Positions 13,642 through 28,292 of a DNA stretch of 64,000 nt are shown in pieces (position 1 is the first letter of the stretch; the number at the start of each line of letters is the position of its first letter). This DNA comes from Syncephalis fuscata S228 (taxonomy: Eukaryota; Fungi; Zoopagomycota): positions 248,001-312,000 of the forward strand of contig JAHLTZ010000017.1 of assembly GCA_025786725.1 (NCBI GenBank), in the 5' to 3' direction. The position numbers and the translations under genes were made by a program. Below the pieces are notes generated by a model. That model was not told where the DNA came from and made no database searches. It saw only the letters and a program-made list of their open reading frames with translations.

Positions 13642-16600
13642 ATGTCGCGTCATCCGTCAAAACCCGCTCGTCTTTCGATGGGCAAGTTGGACGAGACGGA
13701 GATTCGCCGTCTGGCTGCCATGACGCTTATGACGCCTTCTATTTCGGTTGACCCCGAAGTACAGCAGCTATGGGATAAATACAGTGTTATGGATCCAGCT
13801 GGTATGTTCCTTCTTGCTATCGTCTCTTTCAGGATTATTTAAGCCTTTATATTTTAATACAGATAAAAACCATGCTATTAGTTCGTTTATCAAGCATGCC
13901 ACAACAACATTGGCCAAAACAGCGGATACTATGGACAATCGCAATGCTTATCATGCACTGGCCCACTCGTAAGTAGCGCATTGCAAATCAAACAACAGTT
14001 TATTAATACGGCTTAATTATTATAATTACAGTGTTCGAGACCGTTTAATTAAAAACTGGAACGATTCACAACAGGTAATTAATAATGGCTGTTATTATAG
14101 CTAGCGACTGTACTAACATTACATTAAAGCATCATAGCCGTTCTGATGCAAAGCGCGTCTATTATCTGTCTATGGAGTTTCTTTTAGGCCGTTCTCTTGA
14201 TAACGCTATGCTGGCACTTGGTGTAAAGGACGTCTATGGCGGTAAGTATGCAATAATTGCCATTACTATTTTTGCTGCTTATTAATTCTTATTTGCCAAT
14301 TGTTGTTATTAGATGGTGTCGAAGATTTAGGCTTTCGAGTTGAAGATCTTATTGATACGGAAACAGATGCAGCCTTAGGTAATGGTGGTTTAGGACGGCT
14401 AGCTGCCTGTTATATGGATTCATTGGCCACAATGGATTATCCAGCCTGGGGATATGGTATCCGTTATACTTATGGTATTTTCCAACAAGGGTAAGCAATA
14501 ATATTAGTAATAACATTATAATGATATAATGGTATAATATAAGCTTATTAACTATTGAATGTATTTAGCATCAATGATGGCTATCAAGTTGAACGACCAG
14601 ATTATTGGCTTACCTTTGGCAATCCATGGGAAGTGATGCGTCAAGATATTGTAGTTGAAGTACCATTTGGCGGCCATGTCTATCCGGTAGAAGACAGCAA
14701 CTGGCCAGGTGGTATACGCAAGGTCTGGGAAGGCAGCGAGTTTGTACGTGCTGTTGCCTACGATGTGCCTATTCCAGGTAAGCGTTATTGTTGTGTAGTT
14801 ATATAGCAATGATATACTAATCAATACTGTGTATAATATAGGCTATCAAACGCGGCACTGCATTAACATCCGTCTATGGTCATCGCATCCACGTAGTGAG
14901 TTCAATTTGGATTCATTCAATGCCGGTGACTATCAAAACTCGGTCGATGAACAAATGAAGGCTGAAACTATTACTGCCGTGCTTTATCCCAATGACAACC
15001 ATATGGTAGGCAAAGAGCTGCGTTTAAAACAGCAGTATTTCTTTGTACGTGCTACTCTTCACGATATTGTACGTCGATTCAAGAAGAGTCAGCATCCATG
15101 GGTTGATTTTCCAGACAAGGTGGCAATTCAACTTAACGACACACATCCAACACTTGGTGTTGTCGAGTTGCAGCGCGTGCTTGTTGATCAGGAAGGTCTG
15201 CATTGGGATGAGGCCTGGGACATTGTTACACGTACCTATGCCTTTACCAATCACACTGTATTGCCAGAAGCAATGGAGAAATGGCCAGTGCCAATGATGC
15301 AACACTGGTTGCCACGCCATATGGAAATCATATTTGCCATTAACTTGTTCTTCTTACAAAGTGTTGAGAAGCGATTCCCTGATGATCGTGATGTGCTTAA
15401 GCGTATGTCAATCATCGAGGAAGGCAATCCACAGCAGGTACGTATGGCCCATTTGGCTGTAGTTGGATCCCATACAGTAAATGGTGTAGCTGCACTTCAT
15501 TCGCAGCTAATTAAAGATACGATCTTTAAAGACTTTGTCACTTATTACGGAGCTAAAAAGTTCCAGAATAAGACGAACGGCATTACGCCTCGACGCTGGC
15601 TACACCAAGCCAATCCTGAGCTAAGCCAGTTGATTACCGAAACATTGGGCAGCAATGCCTGGCTGAAGGACCTATCGCTATTGAAGGGACTGGCAGCTCA
15701 TGCCGATAATGAAGCCTTCCAAACACGTTGGATGACGATTAAACGTGCCAACAAAAGCCGATTGGCCGATCATATTCGGACACGTTGCAGCGTTGAAGTG
15801 TCGGTCGATGCACTATTCGACGTACAAGTGAAGCGACTACACGAATACAAGCGCCAGTTTATGAATATTCTATCGGTTATTCATCGCTATGAAAAGCTAC
15901 GTAAAATGTCATCGGCCCAAAAGCAAACGCAAGTGCCACGTGTTGTTATCTTTGGCGGCAAGGCTGCACCCGGCTATTATATTGCCAAACTTGTTATTAA
16001 GCTAATCAATTCCGTGGCTGAGGTTGTTAATACTGATGCTTCCCTCGATGATCTATTAAAGGTCGTATTTATACCCGACTATAACGTCAGTCTGGCCGAA
16101 GTTATTGTACCAGCCAGCGATATATCTCAGGTAAGCTTAATAATATGTATAAATGTTAATAATATTGACAAGTCATAATATACTAATTTATTAATACATA
16201 TTTGTATATTATATTCATATAGCATATTTCAACAGCTGGTACTGAGGCATCAGGCACATCGAACATGAAGTTTGTTCTTAACGGTGGTATTATTCTTGGT
16301 AAGCATTTTTGTAATAATATAATATTAAACACTAATATATGTTTGTTTTACAGGTACGGTTGATGGTGCCAATATTGAAATTGCCGAAGAAATTGGCGAT
16401 GATAACATTTTTACTTTTGGTAAATTGGCACATGAAATCGACGATATTCGCCACCACCAAACGTATCATCAGTTTGAAATGAATCCTGATCTAAAGGCCG
16501 TGCTTGATATAATTCAACGCGGTGTATTCGGCGATCCTGAAATATTCAAGTCGTTGGTGAGCACGTTGACCGATGGCGGTGACTACTATTTGCTATCGGT

Positions 16601-16910
16601 AGACTTTGATTCTTGTAAGTATATTCCCTGTAAATAGTAGCTAAATATCAAACAAAACATTAATATTTATTGCCTCAATAGATCTAAAGGCACAAGATCG
16701 TGTCGACGAAGCGTATAAACACTGGCGATCATGGGCCAAGAAGAGTATTCTGTGCACGGCCAATATGGGCAAGTTCAGCTCGTAAGTTGTTTTGAATAAC
16801 ATAATATAATCACAGCCATATTAATTAATTGCCATTGTAGTGATCGATCGGTTACGGAATACGCCGAACAAATCTGGAACATTAAACGCTGCCAGATTAA
16901 TCAGCAGTAA
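13642..16910 (+). CDS. GPH1: Glycogen phosphorylase, multi-exon
   Basis: [79 protein letters not shown] and [10 protein letters not shown] (PLP lysine). Stop TAA at 16910. Confidence 0.97.
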
Positions 16911-17250
16911 TATATCATGCTGTGTCAATACTGATGAATTCTACGGCATTTTATCTACTTAATAAATGTTAAACGTTTTCGCCACCATTCAAAATATAGA
17001 ATTATGTGATGAGAATTTTTACAAATCTATCACGATGGCATGATGTCATTTTATGAATATACATAAAATATTAGCGATGAATGTAACACGCCTTCCAATC
17101 TGGACGTCACAAAGGGGCAATCATTTCTCGGCATTTTAATATGACAGTAGATACTTTTTCTCTTCATTGCGCCTTGTTATTTTAACCGCCATTGCATGTA
17201 ACAGCGAGTATTGCTATTGTATACGAATATACTGAAGGTAAAGCTATAGT

Positions 17251-18544
17251 ATGGAGCGTCGTCGCGGCACCAGTAGTAAGCGTCCTATCGACAACGATAG
17301 AAATCATTACGAAGTAGACCCACCTACTCGAACAAAAAGTCCACTAAGTTTCTTGTCATTGCCCGACATCCCCATGGTCATTCAGTAAGAGAGCACTTGC
17401 TAGCAGCAGGTTCTACCGTGCAACATGCCGGAGAAGAAGTCATTCAACAGACACGGTCATTATGGCAGGAATTCATAGTAAGTAGTCATAGTTATCTATA
17501 GTCTAATACTTATAGATGATAGGAATTTATCGATCAAGGCAATGTAGTTGAACTAGCTATTGGTAAGCAGTTGTATAGCTATAAAGTACTAATGTAGTAA
17601 CTAGCAATACAATAGGTGTTATTATTGCTGGTGTATTTACAAAGTAACTACATCGCTACTAACTAATATTTCTACTAATGGATTGCTCCTAGAGTTGTTG
17701 ATTCATTGGTCAATGATGTTCTATTACCACCCTTGGGACTATTTACAGGTAATAATCTATTAATTTATTAGCTAATAGCTTATTTGTTTAAAAAGGATCG
17801 AATCTATCCAATAATTTTATTATCATACGCAAGCCAGATTCACCACCCTCCTCATCTTCGCCATCTTTACCGGTATTGAATACTGTTATACAACAAGGCA
17901 ATACACAAATTATAGTTACTACTAATGTTAGTGGTAGTCAACAACAACAGCAACAGCAACAACAGCAATTACTTCATGTCTTATTAAGTATATTTAATAA
18001 TACAGGCAATTTAACCAATGCTCTTGAATTTAATACACCCGACCAAGCACAAGAAGCGGGTGCCGTCACATTAAATTATGGCCGATTTCTTCAAACAATT
18101 TTAAACTTTTTCCTTATTTCTTTTTGTCTTTATTTGTTTATTCGCGTATTTCAGCTGTTTCAACGGGAAGCCATCTATAATAAGCTGATCAAGTGTCGGT
18201 ACTGTAAAAGATCGATTTGTAAAAGTGCAGTCCGATGTCCATTATGTACAAGTTTCCTTGATGGTCGTGAAGATCAACGCGTCGAACGCTGGCCACCACG
18301 TATTAACTCGTGGCCACCTGCTAATGAACCGGATACCATTACCCATCAACTGGATGCTCATCGACCGGCTATTATGGAACCGATAAGTGTGTCGGATCAA
18401 CCAGCATGGCTTTATTCATTAAATCAATCGAGTCAAGGGGGAAGAGATGGTGGCAGTGCCCATCAACAATCAATGCCAGCATTAGCCACTACAGTAGGCA
18501 GGAAGGCACCGACAAGTATAACCCCTTTGCTATCAACATCTTAG
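17251..18544 (+). CDS. MscL-family large-conductance mechanosensitive channel with C-terminal CxxC..CxxC Zn ribbon
   Basis: Spliced micro-exons give [43 protein letters not shown] (MscL TM1) and AVTLNYGRFLQTILNFFLISFCLYLFIR (TM2), then CRYC..CPLC. One probable homopolymer frameshift near 17372. Confidence 0.85.
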
Positions 18545-18646
18545 TTGATCATTGTTTACATTTATAAATATTGTTATTATTAATAAAGATTCGTTTATTA
18601 AAATAGCTATTATAAGTAATGCTTCATGGCATATACGCACTACTTT

Positions 18647-21132
18647 CTAGTTAAACCGGACACTACGCGATACACCCGTCTTAATACCGGTCATTTCACC
18701 GCCATACACGCCAGATGAGCCAGATCCCACTGCCTTAACCGACTTCAACTTCTTCTGTGCCTTATCGAACTTCTTACGATGTTTAACACGTGGATTACGC
18801 TGCTCCTTTGTACGTTTCGGTGCCAGACCCTTATTCTTAAGAATCTGGTAGTTAATTGTACGTTTACCCGTTGGATCCCCGACCAATTCAGGATCAACCC
18901 AATTTGGATCGGCTGAAAGCCGTTCAAGTTTAGCCTGTGCTTTAGCGTCGCGTTTAGCAGCAACACGAGCCTGAGCACTTTGATACAATGCACTAGCATC
19001 GTCGTCATCTTCATGAGTATTCATTCTATTAGTCTTGGATACTTGTTTATGATCGTGTCCATCGTCGCTATCACTATCATTCATAGCTTGCATTGCTGCT
19101 CGTCGAGCATCATCTCGCTGTTGACGTATGATATAGGCAGCGTGTTTATCTTTGTATGGCAAGTCGTTATCACCGCCCATTGTTACTTGTTTACTACGCT
19201 TATTCGCAATCTATTGACGTATATTCAATGATTAGTGATTATCTATAGAATATATACACGTATAAACATACCTGTTCAACACGAACGGCATATTGACGCA
19301 AATTCTTTCGTTTAGATAGTTGTTTGTCTTCAGCATCATCATCAGCCAATACATGTAAATCACCAAAATCATCTCCCAACTAATTATTACTATGATTAAT
19401 TATATATTAGTATAAACTATATTCTACTTACAGCTTTTCTTTTACGATTAACTTTCTTTGAAGGAATTGGAATAAATGCCGATTCCTCTTCATCTTGTTG
19501 TGTATCAGATACTTCTACATCCATAGCATCTTCATCACTGTCATCTCCATACTCTTCTAAAAATTGATCTATTACTGCTTGCTGTTTTTGCTGTTGTAGC
19601 AATTCTTTTTGTTTCTGCTCCTTCTTCTTCTTATTCCTCTTCTTATCCTTCTTTGTCTTCTGTTTAGCCTCTTCTTCCATCGATAAATCATCTAATACCA
19701 TTTAATATACTGTTATTACTAATATGCGGCTATAATTACCTTCATCGGCCATCTCGGCCAACATGGCATCAAATTCCTCGACTAATTCACCCATACCGGC
19801 CTCTTCAATATCCTCCAATTCTTCTAATGTTGTACGTGTTTTGACAAGTACATCCAATACTGGATGGTCTTGAGCACTCATCGCTGAACTAGCCTTGATT
19901 GATAGGTAAAAGGCAATATTACTTAAATAAGTCATTAAAATGTCTATTATACAATGTTAGATTGTTATTACTGGCTATATTCAATTAAAACATACGATAT
20001 TTTGTCTCTAGAAAAGCATATACAGTTGAATCATCTGCATCAATACCACGTTTACGCGCTCTAATTTGTTACAAATATTAGATCATTGCTATATCAGTTA
20101 GTAATCATTACTTACGCCAATACAATAGGTAGTGTATCTTCAATAACTGCTTTAAAATGTTCCTCAAATTCTGGTAGTAAATCCAGCAATTCTGGTGCAT
20201 GCTCTTTAATTAACTTAGTCATTTCAGCAGGTGTTGCATTCTTAGGAACCACTGGCCAGATTGCTTTATTGGTGGTACTAATAACATGATTAATACGATT
20301 AATATACTTAATATTATAAATTACCTAGTAATATCAATACGGTCCAAATCATCGCTTACATTTTGAATAATACGATCATCTTCTGTACCCTATTATTATA
20401 TTTTATATACTTAATATTTAATATTTAATTAACTTATAGACTTACTTGTTGTAGAATAGGACGTGCACCTTTTGCACTTAATGTGGCCAAACTACTAGCA
20501 AATTCATCAACAAAATCTTCTTCATCCATTGCTTCAGCACGTGCACGTTGTAATCTCAGTGCTTCCTCCTCCTCTTCTTTGGCATTCTCAGCCTCATCGG
20601 CATCATCTGCATTGTAAAAAGTACTTTTACGTGATCCCCATGCATTTTCATCAGCATCTTTATACATTATTATTATTATTAATATTAATACACTTTTACT
20701 ATTCATATCTATCTACCTTCTTCATCTTCATCTTCATCATCGTTGTCATCATTGTCATCTTCTTCACTGCCTGACATATCAACGCGCATTACTTCATCTT
20801 GTCCATTATCATCGGAATCTATTATAGTATAATACTATTAATAATCAATAGCTACTAAATAGACGTACAAACTTACCAAAATCACTTTCTTGTTCGTTTA
20901 ACATTAGTTGTCTCGTGATTCATGGACTATAAATATATTTAGTCAGCTATATCTTATTTATACCGAATAGATAGCAATAATACATACATTCGTCTTCAGA
21001 ATCAAGTTCCACGTCTTTCATAGTACGAATAGCCCGTATTGAGGCACCTCCGCCGTCTAATCGGTCATTTTTGTTTGATCGGTCATTGCCTCTCTTGCCA
21101 CCTCGTCCACCGCGATGTTTTCCTCGAGCCAT
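18647..21132 (-). CDS. SAS10: SSU processome subunit Sas10/Utp3, multi-exon
   Basis: C-terminal Sas10 domain KRTINYQILKNKGLAPKRTKEQRNPRVKHRKKF...YGGEMTGIKTGVSRSVRF, plus WGSRKSTFYNAD, YLSNIAFYL and DHPVLDVL. Confidence 0.93.
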
Positions 21133-21310
21133 TGGGTATACTTTGCCGTAGAATGCAGTAAGTAGTAATACGCAGACGAGCAGCACAAATATCAATATAA
21201 AAAAGAAACCTATTTTATTTTATTTTTTTATTTAATCGTCTAAAAATAGAATCTATTTCGCACATCTTTTATTTCTTTTATTAAATACAAGTGTCGTTGT
21301 TACTAAACTT

Positions 21311-21679
21311 ATGACTAGCCATAACAGCAATTCCGAGTCGTTGTCAACACCGTCTAGCTGGCAACCTCTTACGAGAGAGGAGCGCAAGTCTTGCTGGAAG
21401 GCACGAGACGCATTCTATGACTGTCTCGACCGTGCCAAAATTCTAGACGGTAATAGCGACGAAGCCAAACAGCCATGCAGTCAACTAATACGCGACTTTG
21501 AAAACGCTTGTCCATCAAGCTGGGTAAGTAGTGTGCAATATTATTACAATTATATTTGTACTGATAGAGTGGTGCTATTTTATAATATATAGGTGGATTA
21601 TTTTAAAACACGTCGACTATTAGAAGCAAGACAAAAAGCACTTTTGACGAACGAAGCACCATCGTCATTATTTAAATAG
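21311..21679 (+). CDS. COA6: Cytochrome c oxidase assembly factor Coa6 (COX6B-like), 2 exons
   Basis: REERKSCWKARDAFYDCLD...C...FENACPSSW|VDYFKTRR; intron at about 21524-21592. Confidence 0.85.
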
Positions 21680-21939
21680 TTGCCATTCAAATAAAATATT
21701 GCCATAATTAACAATACAATACTGTACCACTTTTATCTTATGTTTTATAATGAGGCACACAGTCTTTTAAAATTTAAATTAAATAAGTAAAAATGAAAAG
21801 TTGTCGATAGTATTTATTACGTTTTATGTACATATAAATAATACGTGAATAGCAATACAGTTGGATTAATATATATATATTATACCTATTATATTTTAAT
21901 TCTGCTTATCAATAAACCACTATTCATTTAACTGTATAT

Positions 21940-24160
21940 TTACAGTGTAGTAAGCGATGTCGGTGATATTGGTGGCTGTGATGCCTGAGATAAACGGCGT
22001 CGTTGTGTTCGTGTTGATAGACGTCTTCTCCAGCGAGCAGTTGCTAATGATAGACGAGATTCGCGCTTCTTCCATGTTAATACACGCTTACAAACTGGAC
22101 AGTGTCGATTGACACGGAACCATGGATCAACACAGTCCCGATGGAAATGATGATCACAGCGAAGGCGTCGTATTGGATCATTTAATTCATAGTCACTTAG
22201 ACAAATGGCACAGAGTGCATGTTCAGCATCAATGCGATCTTTTGCTTGAATAGATTTTTTGTTTCGTAAAGGCATCATTTCTAGATCAGCAGGCTGATTG
22301 TGTTGATGCCGATAATTACTATGCGCCGATGGCGATAACGTTTCCTCTCGATCGTCATTTCGTTTACTATTCTGGCGATTAATGGAACGCCATGAGAAAA
22401 GTGATCGAATACTGCCGCCCAAATGTTTACGTCGAATACGCCACCATCGTAGTTTACCGCCACGACGACAACGACTTAATGTAGATGACGTCGATTTTAA
22501 CGAATGAGATGATGATGCTTTGTTTAATGTAGCAGTAACTAGCGGATCAGTGAGTTGTTGTTTATTTGGTGATAGCCATCCACCAAGTGACACTTCTTCA
22601 TTTTCCATTTTATTTGTTACTGCATTTACTTCATCTGTTGGTATGGTTAAAATACAATCATCATTACTATTTTCCATTTTATGAACAGCAGTAGCTGGTG
22701 TGTCATTAGATTGATTTATGGCCATTACCGTTACTGGCATTGATAACGATGGCGTTTTTTGAGTATTGCTCTCTATCTTTTCCTCTTCTATTCGAGGATA
22801 GCCTTTCATATCGACAATTGTATCGTTTGTCCATGGCTGATAGTATAGCACCGATAAATTATCAATTTCATCTTGAGTGGCACCAGCACCTGGTTCATTG
22901 CCAACACCAATCCAATGCAATAGCATAAGGGTGCATGGTAGACATAGAAATGTCGCACCACAAAATATAACTGGAAGCATTAAAGTGATATAACCGATAA
23001 CAAGAAAGGCTATAGAAAGATAGAATATACCAGGTGCAGTTGCACTGCAGACTTCCGATGTAAATATCATATAATTGCCAACCACAAATATAATTAAGGT
23101 GTAGAAATCCATTAAAGAATTGATTCTATTACACATTTGAATTAGTTAGCTAATACACATTCTAATTATTTCAACACTACCTTAACACCCAATCAGGACT
23201 AAAAAATTCAAATCCTTGCATTGAATTTCGGCGTAGTCGTTGAACAAATAAGAAAAGTGGCACTGCTATAACTATTCGTATCATTTGCAGAACAAGGAAT
23301 ATGCGAAGAGGACGATCGCAATAGTCTAAATTGGTAATAAAGAGTATTAATATAGTTGTGGCCAACTAATATAATAAACATAGGTTTATACAATTAATAT
23401 GTAGTTAGCTATTGTGTTGTTGTTTTTACCTGAGCGATTGACCATATCAAATAAACATAAATAATTGGTCTATTGACGACAAATAGGTGTGTTACGAGAT
23501 GCCAGGCATAGGCAATACCATTCCGCCGAACAGCGGCTGTAGGTGATATTTCCGGATCGGATATATCGGCTCCATTACGTGGTGACTCCGTCAGAGATTC
23601 GTGAGAATTAGATTCACGCAACTGATTGTTTTGGCCATTGTTACGAGTGTTGGTGCTATTTGCATTCAATGGTACAGCTAATGCCGACCTCGTATATAAC
23701 ATTTGAGTAGATCGATGGCGTTCTGATAATGTGGCAGCATTTGCATCAACAAAAATAGAAGTTATAGGTTCTATTATAATATTTAATTCATCGTCATCAT
23801 CATCATCATCATCTTCTTCTTTTCTTCTTCTTCTTCTTCTTCTTCTTCTTCTTCGGTATGAATAGATACAGATGTAAGGTGCTGTTTTTGCTCCGATATC
23901 TCCTGCTCCGATGCAGCTTTAGTAATGTTTGTTGCTTTTACCAATTGATTATGGTGATCATCGCTTGTAGTTGCTGATGTGGTTGCGAAAGAAGTAGGTA
24001 AAATGACATCATTTACAAGGTTTTTCTCGTCTTCCCTAGAGCAATGGGGACTGCCATTCGTACATGGGGAAAGCATCAAGGTGAAATTCTCATTTTGCGA
24101 CGGTTCTGCTCCACTTTGCGGTTGCTGCTGCTCCATCAACGACGAATTGATAGAAGACAT
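21940..24160 (-). CDS. Multi-pass membrane RING-H2 E3 ubiquitin ligase
   Basis: TM segments with CDRPLRIFL and GNYMIFTSEVC, GATQDEIDNL, and RING-H2 CAICLSDY..RRLRCDHHFHRDCVDPWF...CPVC. A frameshift in the homopolymer at about 23820-23823 joins poly-E to poly-D. Confidence 0.85.
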
Positions 24161-24583
24161 GTTGCGTTTGCAATAAGTAAATTGGAGTTAGTATGTGGCC
24201 TATCTAGCCATTCAGCACAAATAAAATGACTATTGCTACAACAAATATAGGTGTAAAGGTCGTTGTAATATTCTGTATCAATTAGTCGGCTAGCCAACGT
24301 ATTGGCAAGAATACGTTTGTTGTTTCTTTCAAACGAAATGGCTACTGCTGTGAAATGCTTAATGAACAATAAAATAGCATGCCAGTAAAGGCTATAGAGA
24401 AATGAAATGCGACGTTGTTGGTGCAATTGTGTTGAAGAATATGGCTGCCGAGCAATAAGAAGTACGTAAATGTAGATTTGAATGCTAACGTTTTCCCATC
24501 ATTAAATTTAGCTGACTCGTACTTTGATTCCCACATTTTGAGTTCCGAAAGCAGATTCATTCTAATTGGTTATGCTGTTATGA

Positions 24584-24730
24584 CAACATAACTATATTGT
24601 TTCTATTAAATGTTGTTAATAAATTGATTTAAATAAAAGAATATAACATACTATTTAATTTCTTTGAAACATTTGAGGTTAATCATTGTTTTTGTTGTTA
24701 GTAATGTGTAAAAAGATTGATTGAATATTA
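24584..24730 (+). repeat. Diverged partial third copy of the ~590-bp AT-rich repeat
   Basis: CAACATAACTATA..TTCTATTAAA.TGTTGTTAATAAATTGATTTAAATAAA..TCTTTGAAACATTTGA..AAAGATTGAT aligns to about 43958-44100, roughly 80% identical by eye. Confidence 0.8.
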
Positions 24731-25187
24731 ACATATTACGATAAGTAATGCTAAATTGAATGCTTAGTGAGTTAACTATTATTATACTAACCTGACACTA
24801 TATATATATCGACATATAAAAAAGGATCAGAATATTGTGCTGCTTATAATAACTATTTGCAAATAGTTATGCGTTATAATTGAGATTTATATAAATGGTT
24901 ATGCGGGACATCGGCCCGAGCAATTGATTGTGTCACAATATTTTACTTAGTTTTTTTAGTATATCCACTATTTTAATTGTATTGTACTGCTATACCTAGT
25001 CGCTGCTTATAAGTATTTAAAGATATAGGCCACCTTTATATTCGTAATACACGGATAGTGTGTGCTCAATATAAATGTGCACATAATTGGTTATCTTTAA
25101 TAAAGTATTCATGTACTTAAAAAAACTATTGATAATTGTTAGCATTAATGCAATAAACAATATTAAGTAATGGTCACTGTTGATAGG

Positions 25188-27114
25188 TCATTTATTAACT
25201 CGGTTATATGTGATAGTCGAGCTGTAATATGTATTATCATCAATTATCGGCCGTATATTTGGATCGATATTTGACGACATGAGTGCACTAGCAAAAGTTA
25301 TGTTTTTATTGTGCGTACTTTGTACCGAAATTGTAGCATCTTTTTTGTTGTTCACTCTAATTACCACCTTGTCTTTACACTGGCTATCAGATCTTGAGCG
25401 TAAATTAATAACGAAAAGAAGTGCACCAATGCGCACAATATATGATGCTTTAAAAATAATTGCATTAATAAGTTCAGCCTCAGCGCCATAGCGCCAAGTT
25501 TTTCCAAGTATCATTATATTTGCAGTAAGTATCATAAGATATCCCAATGAAAATATTGCGCATAGCTTTGTTACCTAGTAGGTTAGTGATTAATAAAGCT
25601 GGTTTTCTATTCTGTTTACCAATGTAATTGTCTCTATACTTACTAATGACAGTGCCTGTTTGCAGCGCTATTTACTAATAAACTGCCCTGTTTTAGCCAA
25701 AATATTATTCCTATGTACAAATAGTTTAACACTGTGTTATTTATAAATAATACTATAGTATTACCGTAGTAAATAAATGTAATAATGATGACACTTTGAG
25801 TCGATAGTATCAAAGAGATAGCAATTATTTTTAATGTGCTTTGTATCGTGGGTGCCGAGATAAACTCAGGAATAATATTTAATGTTTGATCAATAATTGT
25901 TATCACAAACGAAATAATGATACCATATCGAAGTAGTCGTAGTTGTCGACTATTTTGTAAACTGATTGCAATTGACTGCCTATTCATTGTTATTAATAAT
26001 AGCAAATTTTGCTAGAATCAGCAATATCCTTACTAAAATATAAAACATACCATAGCAATAGCAGTGTATAAAATCCTATGTATATAAAAATATTTGTAAA
26101 AATACTTATCCATTTATAAGCCAGGCTGTTTAGCTTGAGTGCAAATCCTGATGCACATACTATTATATAAAAACAGCTAGTTAACACTCTATCTAATATT
26201 AGTAATATTAAGTTTATCTTACATATTGCAGCACAAAGCGCGGAAACATATATTATAGTCTGTTGCTTAGTGATTATTCTTTTTGTTTTGATCAAGCGGT
26301 ATAAAGCCATAAAACTGTACAATATAATGCTTATAAATACAGTCAAAGTGCAATATATAAATGCTCGATAGCCAGTTGATAGAAAAACATTATTCCAAGG
26401 TCCTGGCTCTGCAAATACAGCAGTCTATACATTAGCTGGTGTGCATAATATAATAGCTAATATCAAAATAACTCAACTACCTTCTTCGACTGTTACAATG
26501 ACTGTTGCACAGTCCATCGCTTGCATTTACAATAATCTGATAATTATCATACGGTAGCATGCAATATTGACTGGTGATGCACCTTCATAAAAGCTGAACC
26601 CATATGTTGTATATTTTAAAGTACTACATGCACCAAATCCAATGCTTGAATTTGTATGAGGTATGTACAGTGCCGTGTCAATCAAAAATCCGCTTGTAAC
26701 ATTTAAGTGCTGCTTAAGTTTAGAGACCGCCACTCCTGTCTAATTACACTAATAGTTAGAATGTATATTGCAATATCAGTGCTGATAGCTTACATGGGCA
26801 ATTGTTGTACAGCCATTTTCAAGTGCTTTCACTGCATCAGTAGCAATAATTACACCTGTGATGTTGTCCGATTTTACACTATCCAGTGCAGATTGAGCTT
26901 TATCAAGAACAGACGGCAATATCTTGCATGCTGCATTCTTGCTAAACACAGCATCTATTAAAACGCCGCGAGATGTATATGGCACAACGTCGATTTCAAA
27001 CAAATCCTGTGTTTTATATTGAAATATTTGATTATCCACACGGAATGTGGCCTTACCAAAGACGGACACGATAAGGCACAGCAATAGTGCAAGTGTTCCT
27101 GCAATACTCAGCAT
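25188..27114 (-). CDS. Signal peptide + ~200-aa ectodomain + multi-TM (7TM-like) receptor-like protein, multi-exon
   Basis: MLSIAGTLALLLCLIVSVFG signal, Cys-containing ectodomain, EPGPWNNVF juxtamembrane motif and about 7 hydrophobic segments across the ORFs at 25188-26346. Includes introns and probable homopolymer frameshifts. Confidence 0.65.
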
Positions 27115-28292
27115 TGTATAGGAGTTCAAAGTAAAGGCATAAAGTCACAAATATTAGAATAATAAACAAACTAGTTAAACTATGTGTAAACCTGGTCACT
27201 AAAATATCGAACTTGATAAAAACATGGCCTATTCCTTGTAAATGTAAAAAACCTGTTTTGCCTCCCATAGATAATTCACATGCTACTAATAATGGCGGTA
27301 CCAATACAAACAGGTGTATTAAATGTGAAAAAGTAGCAAGAAATGACAATTAGCCATGTTATAAAGATGTTTATTTGTACATTATAGTTCCAGTTTGTAG
27401 TAGAAAGTTGCCTTTTTCTTAAACCATCTATTTTTTGCTTTTATTATTGCTTTAGTGTATAAACTGAAGGTAAGATGTTGTGTCGTCGTTTGCGTTTACA
27501 TTTTCAAATTGCTCATAAGGTTTATGTTATATAAACAAACATCTTATTCCGTATTATTAACAATATTACATGCAATTTAAGAAAATAATTGCTGTTATCT
27601 TCAGCTATTTTGCTACATGTTCCATTCTTTCCTTGCTATTTTTGTTATTTTTATTTGTCTCTAGCGGTATTATTGGCTGGTGCATGCACTTGGTTCATTC
27701 AATAAGCAGTTTTAATTGATTAGAATGAATACAATTATGTTAAACAGCATTAGTATACGATGCCACCTACAACATACACATTGCATGTCATATACTTAAT
27801 GTATAGCCAGTGAATATATATCATATAGACATGATTTATACCAATTATTACTTATGCACTACACAAAAGGTCTTTCTATAATACAAAAAATATTGCTATT
27901 TATGTGTATACTGCTATTTAACTATCGTCAATGAATATAAATAATCTGTACTAGTAATTCACTAATTACTCACTAAATTTAGACTTGTAATCATCTCAAA
28001 CTACGAAGGAGATCAAATGTACATTCACAATGACATTATTAATAACAATAATAACACGCATTCATTTCTTCTCCGTTTTCTTTTCTCCCGCTTCATTACT
28101 TGCTTGTTGCTGGTTGTCTGTTGTTCGACGCCTTTGAATCTATTGTTTCTCTATTATCAATCTACTGATTGGCTTGATCGTTAATAGATAGTGCTGTCGA
28201 TATTATTACTATTATTATTATTATTACATTTTATTACATCTACACGGCTTGTTCCGTTTTATAGCAATCCCTCATATTGTTAAAACGGCATT

